A stretch of DNA of 64,000 nt from Bacteroidia bacterium (GCA_044344795.1 JBIJCF010000006.1:32245-96244); one strand, 5' to 3'; shown: positions 20,316 through 31,308, counted from the stretch's first letter. Numbers and translations: made by a program. The notes: generated by a model not told the origin, from the letters alone.

Positions 20316-21064
20316 CCTTCGAATTTTTTCAATTCACATGTTGTGCCGTCAAACACTGCATACGTGTTATATTGAATCCAATCACCGAGATTGATGTAGG
20401 TTGAATTATTTCCAATAGGCATAGAGAGTGGGAGGTGACGATGCCCGAATACAAAATAATCGTAGTGTTTGTTGCGAACGACATCGTTACAATAACGCAC
20501 TAAGAATTCCTTATCGTCTCCGGTGTAAGCACGTTCGGTTTCTTTTTTGTCGTAACCTTTCCGTGAAAAATATTCCGCCAAACCTAATCCGAAATTAGGA
20601 TGAAAGCGCGCATAGAGCCATTGTGCAAAGGAATTTCTAAAAACTGATTTGATGAATTTATATCCGTGATCACCGGGTCCTAAACCATCACCGTGGCCGA
20701 TCAGAAATTTCTTTCCGTTCCATTCTCGTTCTATCGGTGCATGATAGAGTTTCACTCCACATTCTTGCACCAAATAGCCAAACATCCAGGTGTCGTGGTT
20801 ACCAGAAAAAACATGAACAGGAATTCCGCGATCGGTAAGGCTTGCAATTTTTCCCAATAATCGCACAAAACCTTTTGGAACAGCCCGCTTGTATTCGAAC
20901 CAAACATCAAACAAATCGCCCACAAGAAAAATTTCTTGTGCATCGTTTTCGATCGATTCCAGCCAGCGAATTATTCTCTTTTCTCTGATTAGAGACTGCT
21001 CGTGATCAGGTATCCCGAGATGAAAATCGGAAGCAAAATATATTATACCTGGTCCTGCATGCAT
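20312..21064 (-). CDS. lpxH: UDP-2,3-diacylglucosamine diphosphatase (calcineurin-like metallophosphoesterase).
   Basis: The LpxH motif series is present: SDFHLG, VGDLFDVW, FSGNHDTW, IGHGDGLG, FGHRHLP, LGDW. This parallels E. coli LpxH ADLHL / GDLFEAW / HGNRDF / HGDTL / HGHTH / LGAW. Confidence 0.8.
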   Translation of the reverse strand: MHAGPGIIYFASDFHLGIPDHEQSLIREKRIIRWLESIENDAQEIFLVGDLFDVWFEYKRAVPKGFVRLLGKIASLTDRGIPVHVFSGNHDTWMFGYLVQECGVKLYHAPIEREWNGKKFLIGHGDGLGPGDHGYKFIKSVFRNSFAQWLYARFHPNFGLGLAEYFSRKGYDKKETERAYTGDDKEFLVRYCNDVVRNKHYDYFVFGHRHLPLSMPIGNNSTYINLGDWIQYNTYAVFDGTTCELKKFEG

Positions 21065-21066
21065 GC

Positions 21067-24000
21067 TTACAAACCGATCATGTTCGTGATGTTGGAAGGA
21101 TTGAATCGTCCGATATTGAACGTGAATCGAATTTGATTACCATATCCTAATCCTACTGCGTCGTAATAGTTCTGAATGTCTTGTGACAGCAACACCGGGA
21201 AATAAACGTCCATGAAGTTATTGATTACCGCTACTTTCAATCCTGCATTATAAATAAAAGATTCGCTACCACGACCGTCTTCACCACACATACCGGCATC
21301 AGCATATATATGAAATTTATTTAACCACTTGTTTTTGAATGGTAATTCTGCGTCCATATTAAACGCAATTAACCAACGAGCACTTTGTCCTACGGGCGAA
21401 TAAACTTTAAATCCGCCGTCTTGCTCCACCATTTGTTGTGCCAGCAATCCTGTAGTTTCAGAACGTCCCAAGAACGTGTGGTCATATAGGTAATCGTGGT
21501 TACCGATACCTAACGGACCCCAACCGCTCATACGGAAACGATAAGGTCCTGCATTGGTGGTATCGATGAACATTCCGGCAAATGCTCGGAAATGAATGCC
21601 TTTATTGGATTTGTATGTAATAGTGTAATGCCCTTCGATCATCACCTTCGACATGTTATCACCTTGCTGATAACGAACAGAAACATCGTAAGGATGAATA
21701 TTGCGTGTATTCTTTAAGCTATACTGTGCTTCATAAAACGCACGTTCTTTATTGCCGATGTACCAAGTAAAACCTGATAAGTCGTCGCTGTAAATGGTAC
21801 GTATGTCTTGCGTTTTCAAATAAACACCACGCAACGTTACGCTTTGATTAATCGGACTGCGCAAGCGTTTCTTTTTGATGTCAAACGTAATTTCAGGATT
21901 TGCTTTCATCCATCGAAGCTCGCGATCAGGAGCTGCATCAAGCGGATGATCAGCAGGTTTTACCTTGTAATCGTGGAAGGAGTTAAATGTGCCACCGAAA
22001 CGAATATGTGTAAATACTTTTTCTGGATAAGCATGAAAGAACAAACTTCCATTACCAACGAGTGAAGAGCTTCCTACACTGTAAAGTGGAACAGCGCGCC
22101 ATTCTACTTTTTTACCCGGCAATACTTGATTGTACAACGCAGCACCAATCATTAACTTGTCGTAGTTGTTCCAGCCTACTGCAGGCGCCCAAAACAGTTG
22201 TGTCCGCTCAGGATTATCCAAACTGCCGATGAATTGGAGTTTGAAAGGTTCTGACTTTTTCACGAGCCCCTTTGTTTTGATGCGGTTATTTTTTCTGTTA
22301 ATCTCAGGCATATCTTCCGGTTGATCGATGATGAAGTAATCAGCATCAACCATCGGGAACATTAAATCTTTTTCACCGGTAAATCCTTCATACCACTTTT
22401 GACTCACCACTTTTCCGTCTTTCACCGCACATATCAGCACCGGACCTGCAATGTCACCTTTATTGACAACTTCTACTTCCCATTCGTTGCCTTCTTTCTC
22501 TGCTTCTTTGATTTTATAATCCAACAACTTGGTGGTGCCAATCATATCGTCAAAAAACCAACTAAGGTTCTTACCACTCACTTCTTCAAATGTTGCTCGT
22601 AAGTCGGAAGGTTGTGGATGCTTGAAGTGCCAACGATCGAAGTAGGTGCGGAAGCACTTGTCGTATAATGAGTCGCCGAGGTAACCGCGTAAGTAATCAA
22701 AGCAAACTGCCGATTTGGAATACATGATGGCTCCGTAATTGATACCGGTGAAATCAGCAGAGTGCATTTCACAAGGTTGATCAACATTGGTTCGGGCCAC
22801 AAAAGAATACAACAAATAGTACTGTGCTTTTTGCTTGTAACGTCCTAAATCAAAAATACCTTCAATTGGTTTGTTGTTCACTAATGTGCGTTCAGGATAT
22901 TTTGTTTCATTGTAACGCAATTCATTAGCAGAATTAATTCCTTCGTCGAGCCATCCGTGCACACGTTCATTACTACCTAACATACCGTAGAACCAATTGT
23001 GTCCGATTTCATGCATGATTACTGTTTCCAATGAAAACGCACTACCTACACCGCCGATAACTGTGATGTTAGGATACTCCATTCCGCCTCCCGCACTCAG
23101 TGCACCGTCAACAGCGGTAGCATGATTGTAGGCATAATCGCCATTCCACAAGGAATAATAATAAATAGCATCATTCAAATATTGAATACCGTCTTTCCAC
23201 AAATTGCCGTATTGATTGGTAAACATCACCCAAGTGGAAACGGTGCGACCGCTATGCGGTAATTTAACTTCGCCTTTTAAAACGTGGTAACGCTTGTCGC
23301 AAAACCATGCAAAGTCGTGAACGTTTTCCTGATGAAAGTGAATCGTTTTCCATTCGTTGGATGACGCGGGATATTCTAATTTCTTCTTATCAAAGAACGA
23401 AATCGTTTTTGTCTCTTCCGCCTTCTTATTCAGAAAGTCAATCTCTTCCGGATTGTTTTGAATATCACCAGTTGCTCCTAACACATAGTTCTTCGGTAAA
23501 GTGATGTGCACATCATACGTCCCGAACTCCGAATAAAATTCGCCTTGATCTAAATAGGGCATTTCATTCCAGCCGTTAACATCATAAACGGCAGGTTTCG
23601 GATACCATTGTGTGATTTGATATTGTTGATCGATATGTCCTAATCGCGAAAATTTTCCACTCGGAATTTTCACATGAAAAGGAGTTGTAATGACAATTTT
23701 TCCTCCCGGGTTGAGCGGTTGATTCAAGATAATTTTGCAAATGTCGATATGCTCGGGATGTGCTTCCATTTTTACCGGCGCACCATCTACTTTGAAGTCA
23801 AGACTATCAATGTAACCACGTTCTTCATCTTTCGCGTAATAAAAATTCAACTCTCCATTTTCAGCGAGTTGTTTGCCTAATGCGGTTTGATTGTTCTTGT
23901 ATGCATTCGGCCATAAGTGAATGTAGATAAACGTCAACTGATCGGGCGAATTATTCGTGTATTCCATTTCCTCATAACCGTGCAACTCGTGTTTAACGTC

Positions 24001-24111
24001 GTTAAGTTTGACTTTGATGTCATACTTAACGAATTGCTGGAAATACGGTTTTTGTGCAAGTAAAGACAGGCATGTACTTAACGCAAGTGTAGCAACAAGA
24101 ATCTTTTTCAT
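21067..24111 (-). CDS. M1 family zinc metallopeptidase (aminopeptidase N-like), secreted.
   Basis: Signal peptide. GGMEYPNIT (GAMEN-like), HEIGHNWFYG (HExxH) and WLDEGINS (third Zn ligand Glu). 1014 aa. Confidence 0.85.
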   Translation of the reverse strand: MKKILVATLALSTCLSLLAQKPYFQQFVKYDIKVKLNDVKHELHGYEEMEYTNNSPDQLTFIYIHLWPNAYKNNQTALGKQLAENGELNFYYAKDEERGYIDSLDFKVDGAPVKMEAHPEHIDICKIILNQPLNPGGKIVITTPFHVKIPSGKFSRLGHIDQQYQITQWYPKPAVYDVNGWNEMPYLDQGEFYSEFGTYDVHITLPKNYVLGATGDIQNNPEEIDFLNKKAEETKTISFFDKKKLEYPASSNEWKTIHFHQENVHDFAWFCDKRYHVLKGEVKLPHSGRTVSTWVMFTNQYGNLWKDGIQYLNDAIYYYSLWNGDYAYNHATAVDGALSAGGGMEYPNITVIGGVGSAFSLETVIMHEIGHNWFYGMLGSNERVHGWLDEGINSANELRYNETKYPERTLVNNKPIEGIFDLGRYKQKAQYYLLYSFVARTNVDQPCEMHSADFTGINYGAIMYSKSAVCFDYLRGYLGDSLYDKCFRTYFDRWHFKHPQPSDLRATFEEVSGKNLSWFFDDMIGTTKLLDYKIKEAEKEGNEWEVEVVNKGDIAGPVLICAVKDGKVVSQKWYEGFTGEKDLMFPMVDADYFIIDQPEDMPEINRKNNRIKTKGLVKKSEPFKLQFIGSLDNPERTQLFWAPAVGWNNYDKLMIGAALYNQVLPGKKVEWRAVPLYSVGSSSLVGNGSLFFHAYPEKVFTHIRFGGTFNSFHDYKVKPADHPLDAAPDRELRWMKANPEITFDIKKKRLRSPINQSVTLRGVYLKTQDIRTIYSDDLSGFTWYIGNKERAFYEAQYSLKNTRNIHPYDVSVRYQQGDNMSKVMIEGHYTITYKSNKGIHFRAFAGMFIDTTNAGPYRFRMSGWGPLGIGNHDYLYDHTFLGRSETTGLLAQQMVEQDGGFKVYSPVGQSARWLIAFNMDAELPFKNKWLNKFHIYADAGMCGEDGRGSESFIYNAGLKVAVINNFMDVYFPVLLSQDIQNYYDAVGLGYGNQIRFTFNIGRFNPSNITNMIGL

Positions 24112-24128
24112 AGTGTGGTTATGGTATA

Positions 24129-25322
24129 CTATTTACGATTGGCAAAAAGTTCATCAAGGCGCTGACCTAATGCCGGGCCTCTGAGATCGCGATCAATAAT
24201 TTTTCCTTCTTCATCCAAAAGCAACGTTTTGGGAATTCCCTGAATACGGTACTGTTGCACAACGGGCGATTGCCAATACATCAAATCGCTGATGTGCCAT
24301 GGCCAAACTAATCCATCTTTCTTGATGGCCTCTGACCATGCATTTTTTTCTTTGTCCAGTGAAACACTGAATACATCAAATCCTTTTGATTTGTATTTGT
24401 TGTAATTAGCAACTACGTTAGGTAATTCCTGACGGCAAGGTCCACACCAAGATGCCCAAAAATCGAGCAGTACAATTTTGCCTCGCGTTTCGCTGAGCTT
24501 CATTTGCTTTCCTTCAGGGTTGTTCATGATAATATCTGGAGCGACCGATCCTTTACAAAAAGGCTTTTCACGATCCACATATTCACGCAACAATTTTACA
24601 TTCGGAGCTTCAGCAAAATCTTTTTCGATAGCGAGCAAAGTTTTTTCCCAGTACTCCATGTTATCAAATGGATCCAGTAAGCGCAATGCAGGAATATTTG
24701 CAAATGAAGCCGGGTGTGCATCGATGAATGATTTTACCCACGTGATTCCTTCATTATTTAGAACAGTAATGCGATCTTGAGTGCTATTGAAAAGTGGTTC
24801 GATAACTTCCTTCTCGTATTTACGCATTTCCACGGTATCCTTCATGATTTCAATTTGTAGTTGAAATGCACGCTGCAAGGAATCCAATCGCCCCATTAAC
24901 GGTTGGCGTTTCTTTTCGTATTCAGCAAAGTAATTGTTGAATTCTTCAAAGTGTTTGGTGTCTGCAGTTCCTTCCGTTTTCACCGAGTAGCCGAAATTTT
25001 TAATATCAGCAGTTAGTTTGCAGGTGTCACCGGGTTTTAGAATGATAGTAGCGAACTGATTCTGATCTTTCGCCACATTGATATTGTAAAAACCTTTGTG
25101 CGACAAAGTCGGGCGAAATTCAAAAGAACCGTCTTCACCGGTAATCGTGGAGTCCAGCACTTTAAAATCACGCTGGCTTACGTCCACTAAATAGATCGTA
25201 TCACCGGCGCTGTTGGTCAATGTTCCTTTAACAACAGTGTTTCCTCCGGTTCGCTCGGTTGTGCCTTCTCCACAAGCCCAAACTGCGATGCTAATTCCGA
25301 ATGCGAAAATTAATTTCTTCAT
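24129..25322 (-). CDS. TlpA/ResA-like thiol-disulfide oxidoreductase with an N-terminal DUF4369-like domain (periplasmic).
   Basis: Thioredoxin CxxC active site WASWCGPC. Signal or lipoprotein N-terminus (AVWACGEG). Confidence 0.85.
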   Translation of the reverse strand: MKKLIFAFGISIAVWACGEGTTERTGGNTVVKGTLTNSAGDTIYLVDVSQRDFKVLDSTITGEDGSFEFRPTLSHKGFYNINVAKDQNQFATIILKPGDTCKLTADIKNFGYSVKTEGTADTKHFEEFNNYFAEYEKKRQPLMGRLDSLQRAFQLQIEIMKDTVEMRKYEKEVIEPLFNSTQDRITVLNNEGITWVKSFIDAHPASFANIPALRLLDPFDNMEYWEKTLLAIEKDFAEAPNVKLLREYVDREKPFCKGSVAPDIIMNNPEGKQMKLSETRGKIVLLDFWASWCGPCRQELPNVVANYNKYKSKGFDVFSVSLDKEKNAWSEAIKKDGLVWPWHISDLMYWQSPVVQQYRIQGIPKTLLLDEEGKIIDRDLRGPALGQRLDELFANRK

Positions 25323-25323
25323 A

Positions 25324-26787
25324 TCAGTTTTGTTCTAGTTCTTTTTTCAATAATTCAGTAGTGACTTTCGGATCAGCTTTGCCTTTAGAAGCTTTCATTA
25401 CCTCACCCATGAACATGCCTAACAAGCCCACTTTTCCGCCGCGATATTCCGCGACTTTTTCCGGGTATTTGGCAACAACTTCTTTCACAACAACCAATAA
25501 CGTATCGGTGTTACTTTCCTGAATCAAATTGTCGCGCTCCGCAATTGCAAGTGCAGACAAATCTTTGTGTTGAACCATTTGCGGGAATATTTTCTGACTG
25601 GCAACACTGAAACTCACTTTACCGGAGTCCACTAAAGCAATGAGCTCTGCAAGTCGATTTCCTCCAAATGATAATTGAGAAATGTGCATTGCATTTTCAT
25701 TCAGCCATGATTTGACAGGTCCCATTACCCAGTTGGCAGCAGCTTTTGCGTTGGTTGTATGTTTCAATACATCTTCGAAGTACAACGCGATTTCTTTGGC
25801 ATCTGTTAAAACGGACGCATCATAAATAGAGAGCTGTAATTCTTGAGTGTATTTTTTTACCAATTCATCCGGCAGTGGAGGTAAAGTTGACTTAACTCTT
25901 GCAATTTCATTTTCGGTTACAATTACCGGCAACAAATCGGGTTCAGGGAAGTAACGATAATCGTTAGCCGCCTCCTTACTTCTTAATGAAAACGTTGTTC
26001 CTGAAGGCGCATCAAAACTTCTTGTTTCCGTGTCGATAATTCCGCCTGCTTCGATTAAATCAATTTGACGAATGATTTCGTGTTCTATGGCTCGTTTCAC
26101 ATTAGAAATCGAGTTCATGTTTTTCACTTCCACTTTGCGACCAAATTCCGGCGCTCCTTTTTTGCGCACAGAGATATTCGCATCGCAACGCAAAGAACCT
26201 TCTTCCATGTTGCCGTCGCAGATATCGAGATAACGCACTAGACGGCGTACTTCGGTCAAGTATTTGTAGGCTTCGTCGGCACTTCGCAAGTCAGGTTCAG
26301 TTACAATTTCAAGCAGCGGAACACCTGCGCGGTTGAGATCCACCAAAGTGTCAGTTAAGTCTACATCGTGCATACTTTTTCCGGCATCTTCTTCCATGTG
26401 AATGCGGTTAATGCCGATGCGCTTCGTTTCAGTTTCACTGAGTTTAATATCTATGTATCCGTTCGTGCATATCGGAGTTTTATCCTGTGTGATTTGATAA
26501 CCTTTCGGCAAATCTGCGTAGAAATAATTTTTTCTGGCGTATTCGTTACGTTCACGAATTGTGCAATGCGTGGCTAAACCCAAACGTACTGCAAATTCAA
26601 TTACCGTTTTGTTGGCTAGTGGTAGCGTTCCGGGCAAACCTAACGTTACAGGACTTACCAACGTATTGGGCAAAGCGCCGTAAGCAGCTTCATCGTCGCT
26701 GTACGCTTTAGTTTTGGTTAAAAGTTGGGTGTGTACTTCGAGGCCGATAACTGCTTCGTAAGTATCGTATATTGACGTTGTGCTCAT
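25324..26787 (-). CDS. gatB: Asp-tRNA(Asn)/Glu-tRNA(Gln) amidotransferase subunit B.
   Basis: N-terminal YEAVIGLEVHTQL and a C-terminal YqeY-like domain. 487 aa. Confidence 0.95.
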   Translation of the reverse strand: MSTTSIYDTYEAVIGLEVHTQLLTKTKAYSDDEAAYGALPNTLVSPVTLGLPGTLPLANKTVIEFAVRLGLATHCTIRERNEYARKNYFYADLPKGYQITQDKTPICTNGYIDIKLSETETKRIGINRIHMEEDAGKSMHDVDLTDTLVDLNRAGVPLLEIVTEPDLRSADEAYKYLTEVRRLVRYLDICDGNMEEGSLRCDANISVRKKGAPEFGRKVEVKNMNSISNVKRAIEHEIIRQIDLIEAGGIIDTETRSFDAPSGTTFSLRSKEAANDYRYFPEPDLLPVIVTENEIARVKSTLPPLPDELVKKYTQELQLSIYDASVLTDAKEIALYFEDVLKHTTNAKAAANWVMGPVKSWLNENAMHISQLSFGGNRLAELIALVDSGKVSFSVASQKIFPQMVQHKDLSALAIAERDNLIQESNTDTLLVVVKEVVAKYPEKVAEYRGGKVGLLGMFMGEVMKASKGKADPKVTTELLKKELEQN

Positions 26788-26882
26788 TAGTTTATTTAAG
26801 ACCTGCGAATTTACTGAAAATGCGTGATTTCGAGGTCTTAAAATACGTGAAGAAGGTAATTATTCACTGGTGTTTAATGGAG

Positions 26883-27986
26883 TTATGGCACTAACGTAAT
26901 CCGGTCCAACAAAACATGCAGATCCTGATTCAATACATTGATGAATTCCGTGTCGGATTGAACGATTTCCAGAACGAAAAAAGCCTGATTTTTCGCAGAA
27001 TAAACGTAACACCGTTTAATAAGTAAAATGGATTGATCCTGCTGTGTGATGCGCGAAGCGACGGTGTATGTATCATAACCTGAGCTTGTTTTGCCGCGCG
27101 TTCCGGGATCGGTTAGCGTAGAGCTAATTGCACCGGAATGAAGAATCATGAAATTGTAGTCAGCTCTGGCGACCAAATGAAAACTATCCTGTAAAACAAC
27201 TTTCGCATAGCTCATCATTATTCCTTCGCCGGCGTGTTGATGTTCGGGAGTCCAGAACAAACATTCCTGCCCGTCGGTTTCTACGCGCATTCCACTTGGA
27301 AGACACATGTTCATGTTCCAGGGTTCGAAATTGAAAAATGAACCTATACACGTTTTGGTTAATTGCAATGAAGCGGGGAAGAACTCATCCTTGCCGGGTT
27401 GAACCAGCCAGATATAGTCAAATAAGGCATGGCCCGGACCTTCGCAGAAAAGCCCGAATTCGTTGTTGCCGGGCTGTACCAAAGTATGTTCGTATACCGG
27501 AATATTATTGATAAAATAAAATGATCTGTTTAATTCGTAATTATAATTAATACGCAAATAGTTAATTCCATCTTTACGAATAGCATCGTGTTGTACCGGC
27601 GCAATAACATGTTTGGCTGTATCATCATTCATCACAATTACGATGAATTCATGATTGGATGTGATGCCGAAGTATTGGTAAGTTGAATCGTTCTCGTAGC
27701 CTAACATAATTCCGGCTGAATTTTTCCCGTTAACTGAGGTATAGGAAATTCCACATTCAGCACGGAATGACTTGTTGGCAGTAATTGCAACATGGAGAAA
27801 GGAACTCCAGGTTTTTTCGTTGTTGGTTTTTACTGATAGAAATCCTTGCGTTAGTTCGGTATGAAAATCTGAAGTTTTTTGTAAGGTCCAGTTATTTGAA
27901 TTATCCGAAAAGCCATCAAAAGAATTAAATTGTGCCCACAGCATAGAATTAACAAGAAACAAGAAAAGAAGAAGGTGGTAGCGCAT
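26883..27986 (-). CDS. Hypothetical secreted protein.
   Basis: Signal peptide (LWAQ). 367 aa. No family recognised. Confidence 0.45.
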   Translation of the reverse strand: MRYHLLLFLFLVNSMLWAQFNSFDGFSDNSNNWTLQKTSDFHTELTQGFLSVKTNNEKTWSSFLHVAITANKSFRAECGISYTSVNGKNSAGIMLGYENDSTYQYFGITSNHEFIVIVMNDDTAKHVIAPVQHDAIRKDGINYLRINYNYELNRSFYFINNIPVYEHTLVQPGNNEFGLFCEGPGHALFDYIWLVQPGKDEFFPASLQLTKTCIGSFFNFEPWNMNMCLPSGMRVETDGQECLFWTPEHQHAGEGIMMSYAKVVLQDSFHLVARADYNFMILHSGAISSTLTDPGTRGKTSSGYDTYTVASRITQQDQSILLIKRCYVYSAKNQAFFVLEIVQSDTEFINVLNQDLHVLLDRITLVP

Positions 27987-29059
27987 TAAAACAATGATAG
28001 TTGTGGATTTCCCGCATCCGGATTAAAGTCGGATAGGTTCCAGTTCATTTTATTTTTATTTAAATTCAATTTATGTGTAAGTATGGTAAATTGTCTGTTT
28101 AAAGTTTCTGCCAACGGCCCTTCACCTTTCATCCGCACGTTATATCTGCTATCGTTCACTTGTCCGCCGTGTAACTCTTTAATCTGATTCCAAACTTTGT
28201 CGCTTCTGTCGGGAAAGTAATTGTCTAGCCAATTTCTAAAAAGTGGTGCAACTTGACCGTTTAAACGAATCATGTTAAAAGACGCAGTTGTAGCTCCCGA
28301 GTTGGCTGCCTGTTGCAAAACTTCCGGCATTTCGTGACTGTTTAAGGCAGGAATTACGGGGGCAAACAGCACGCCGGTTGGAATTCCCGCTTGGCTCAGA
28401 GTTCGAATGGTATCTATGCGTTGCGCGTATGTGGAGGTTCTGGGTTCCATTTTCCGACGCAAATTTTCGTCCACGCCGGTTACGCTTATCATGACCATTA
28501 CCAGGCGATTTTGCGCCATCTCTGACAAGATGTCGATATCGCGTTTGATTAAGGCGTTTTTAGTGATGAGGGCAACGGGATGTTTAAATTTTAGAAAAAC
28601 TTCAAGAAGTTGACGGGTAATTTTTAGTTCCCGCTCTGCAGGTTGGTAACAATCTGTATTGCCCGAGAACATTACAGGTTGTGGCGTGTGATTTTTGTTG
28701 GATAATTCTTTAATTAATAATTCCGGAGCATTTTTTTTGACAATAATTTTTCGTTCAAAATCGAGTCCGGCACTGAGGCCCCAATATTCATGCGTATTTC
28801 TTGCGTAGCAATATACGCAGCCGTGCTCACAGCCTTGATAAGGATTAATTGATAGCGGAAATAAATCAGGCGAGGAAACTTTGTTTAAGATAGTTTTGGG
28901 GAACGTTTCCATTAAAGTGGTTCGTTCGTCCATTAGCAAAGGTTCTTCACCTTCATAAGCTAATGTCTGTGATTTCTCAAAACGATTGTGCGGATTAAAT
29001 CCGGCGCCTGTTCCTCGGAAGCTGCTGTAATTTTGTACATCATCGTTTTGATCCGACAC
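27986..29059 (-). CDS. Radical SAM protein, PA0069/SplB-like family.
   Basis: The CxxxCxxC cluster lies in QGCEHGCVYCYARNTHEYWG, the characteristic context of the PA0069 / spore-photoproduct-lyase-like family. Confidence 0.7.
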   Translation of the reverse strand: MSDQNDDVQNYSSFRGTGAGFNPHNRFEKSQTLAYEGEEPLLMDERTTLMETFPKTILNKVSSPDLFPLSINPYQGCEHGCVYCYARNTHEYWGLSAGLDFERKIIVKKNAPELLIKELSNKNHTPQPVMFSGNTDCYQPAERELKITRQLLEVFLKFKHPVALITKNALIKRDIDILSEMAQNRLVMVMISVTGVDENLRRKMEPRTSTYAQRIDTIRTLSQAGIPTGVLFAPVIPALNSHEMPEVLQQAANSGATTASFNMIRLNGQVAPLFRNWLDNYFPDRSDKVWNQIKELHGGQVNDSRYNVRMKGEGPLAETLNRQFTILTHKLNLNKNKMNWNLSDFNPDAGNPQLSLF

Positions 29060-29061
29060 GT

Positions 29062-30477
29062 CTATTTGGTTTTAATCAACTGTGTGGAAGAGCGGAACGT
29101 GCTTCCGGAAATGATAATGTGATAAGCTCCGGGCGTTAAAAATCCTGCTTTTACTTCCAGTAACGAAGTGCCTGCAGATTGGAATGAAGAGCCTGTCATT
29201 ACTTCACGACCACTGACATCCACAATGCTGTAGCGCACGTTTTGTGCCTCGGGCAGTTCAATACTTACTGAGAAATTCTCGTTGAACGGATTGGGGTATG
29301 CAGCAACAGCAACAGATCCTTGATGCTCCGGTGTACTTGCCAAAATGGCCTGAGAAATATCAAGTACATACAATCCGTTTTGCATGTCCGAAGCGATCAG
29401 TAAGCCCGACGGTAAATCGGTATAAGCACCCCAACAACCGTGATAGTTAGCAGTATAATTAGGTGCGTTCACTAATGTGTCGGTGTCGAAATAACCGATG
29501 CGAACAACATTATAAGGATCTGTGATGTTAAAAATTTGAACGCCGTCGGTGTAATTCGCCCCAATTAAAACATCGTTGCCGATGATATATGGATTATGTG
29601 GTGTATTTCCTTGATTGGAGCGGAACACGGATGTTACTGTGATGTTACCCAAATTAGAAACATCAACCGCTTTTACACCACGTCCATCAGGAACTTCATC
29701 CATAAATATGAGCGTGTTTCCGTTTCCTGTGAGAAATGAACTGTGGTTATAGCCTTGTTCCGGATAACTAGTTAATCGAGCTAATTCGGTAAACGTATTC
29801 GCCAGCGTATCAAATTTGTAAATAAATAATCCGTCAAAGCCTCCTGATACATAACACGTGTCATTACGAATAAACATGTCGTGAACGGTTGCCGGTGTCG
29901 TATAGAATTGATCTAGTGTAGCAAGTAATTGAGGTTGTTCCGGATTTGCTAAACTGTAAACTGCCATGGAGTAGTACTGTGAATTTCCTACAAGCGTAAC
30001 GCTGCCTCCATATAGTTTGTCACCATCTACGTATATCGTATGGCAACGCTCAAAGTACGTCGTGCCATCGTGAATTACGTGAATAGAGTCGGGTAGATAT
30101 TGCAAGTCTACAATTTGAAAAGCATTGCTTCCACCATCATCACTCACGATATAGCAGTAGTTTTTATAAGTCTTTACTTCATGCCAGATATGATCTTGCT
30201 GGCGTCCCGGTAAATAACCAACCTGTACAGGAGCAGCAGGATTCGTTACGTCAATAAAATAACAACCCGTTGATGATCCCATGATAGCATATTCTCTATT
30301 CGTAGAGTCATCGTGCCAACCCCAGATACCCTGAAAGCGTATGCCATACACCGGCTCTGACGGTTCTGTAGCATTTACCCAGTGTCCGACTAATGAAATA
30401 TTTTGTGAACTGTAATTTTGTGCAATTGCACCCAATGAAAGCAAACAAACAAACGCGAGCGCGGTTATTAATTTCAT
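29062..30477 (-). CDS. Secreted beta-propeller-like protein (LVIVD / choice-of-anchor-B-like repeats) with a T9SS C-terminal sorting domain.
   Basis: Signal peptide. Repeated hydrophobic-Asp blocks (YCYIVSDDGG, LLIASDMQNGLYVLDI, VRIGYFDTD). C-terminal T9SS CTD (AAYPNPFNENFSVSIEL...GAYHIIISGSTF...KTK). Confidence 0.55.
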   Translation of the reverse strand: MKLITALAFVCLLSLGAIAQNYSSQNISLVGHWVNATEPSEPVYGIRFQGIWGWHDDSTNREYAIMGSSTGCYFIDVTNPAAPVQVGYLPGRQQDHIWHEVKTYKNYCYIVSDDGGSNAFQIVDLQYLPDSIHVIHDGTTYFERCHTIYVDGDKLYGGSVTLVGNSQYYSMAVYSLANPEQPQLLATLDQFYTTPATVHDMFIRNDTCYVSGGFDGLFIYKFDTLANTFTELARLTSYPEQGYNHSSFLTGNGNTLIFMDEVPDGRGVKAVDVSNLGNITVTSVFRSNQGNTPHNPYIIGNDVLIGANYTDGVQIFNITDPYNVVRIGYFDTDTLVNAPNYTANYHGCWGAYTDLPSGLLIASDMQNGLYVLDISQAILASTPEHQGSVAVAAYPNPFNENFSVSIELPEAQNVRYSIVDVSGREVMTGSSFQSAGTSLLEVKAGFLTPGAYHIIISGSTFRSSTQLIKTK

Positions 30478-30486
30478 AATAGTTAT

Positions 30487-31308
30487 TTATAGACGTGAAA
30501 TCATTTCTTTCATTAAGCCGGTCATTTTCTTCTCGGCAACCAGCGCTACTTTTTGTACTTCTTCGTGAGTAACCTCTAAAATTTTTCCCGGAACTCCAAG
30601 ATCCGTAATTACAGAAATACCGAATACAGGAATATTCATGTGACGTGCAGCAATAACTTCAGGAACAGTACTCATTCCAACTGTATCAGCCCCAAGCACA
30701 CGAATGAATTTGTACTCTGCCGGTGTTTCAAATGTTGGACCACTCAATCCCGCATAAACACCTTGTTGTGTGGAAATGCCCAATTCTCCGGCAATTTGTT
30801 TGCACAAGGCAATCATTGATTTATCATACGCTTCACTCATGTCCGGAAAGCGCGGCCCGAAACGCTTGTCGTTAGGACCAATCAGCGGATTAGACGGGAA
30901 AAGGTTAATGTGATCATCGATAATCATTAAGTCACCGATTTCGAAATTCGGATTAACTCCTCCGCTGGCGTTAGAAACAAACAGGCGTTTAATTCCTAAA
31001 AATTTCATGACACGCACTGGGAATACCACCTGTTGCATATCGTATCCCTCGTAGTAGTGAAAGCGTCCCTGCATGGCTACCACTTTTTTGCCACTCAGTA
31101 TTCCGAAAATTAATTTCCCGGAATGCCCTTCTACAGTGGAAACCGGAAAGTTGGGAATGGTGTCGTAAGGCAACACATGTTCTGCTTGTATTTCGTGAAC
31201 AAGTCCGCCAAGTCCTGTTCCCAAGATGATTCCTGTTTCAGGTGTAAATCCGTTTGTTTTTTCTTTTATGAATGCGGCAGTTGCTTCAATGGTTTCGTAA
31301 GAGATCAT
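30487..31308 (-). CDS. Purine-nucleoside phosphorylase (PNP/MTAP family, PunA-like).
   Basis: [11 protein letters not shown]...[11 protein letters not shown] matches B. subtilis PunA IERAAAFIKQN...GLILGSGLG. The start is placed at the internal Met (MISYET), not the ORF-track start at 31359, because the upstream 51 nt overlap lpxK and PunA homologues begin there. Confidence 0.8.
   Translation of the reverse strand: MISYETIEATAAFIKEKTNGFTPETGIILGTGLGGLVHEIQAEHVLPYDTIPNFPVSTVEGHSGKLIFGILSGKKVVAMQGRFHYYEGYDMQQVVFPVRVMKFLGIKRLFVSNASGGVNPNFEIGDLMIIDDHINLFPSNPLIGPNDKRFGPRFPDMSEAYDKSMIALCKQIAGELGISTQQGVYAGLSGPTFETPAEYKFIRVLGADTVGMSTVPEVIAARHMNIPVFGISVITDLGVPGKILEVTHEEVQKVALVAEKKMTGLMKEMISRL

Noticed and set aside
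26788-26882. 8-bp inverted repeat TAAGACCT...AGGTCTTA between the hypothetical secreted gene and gatB.
   Set aside because: The loop is about 28 nt and no U-run follows on either strand, so it is not a convincing intrinsic terminator. It is at most a weak structure.
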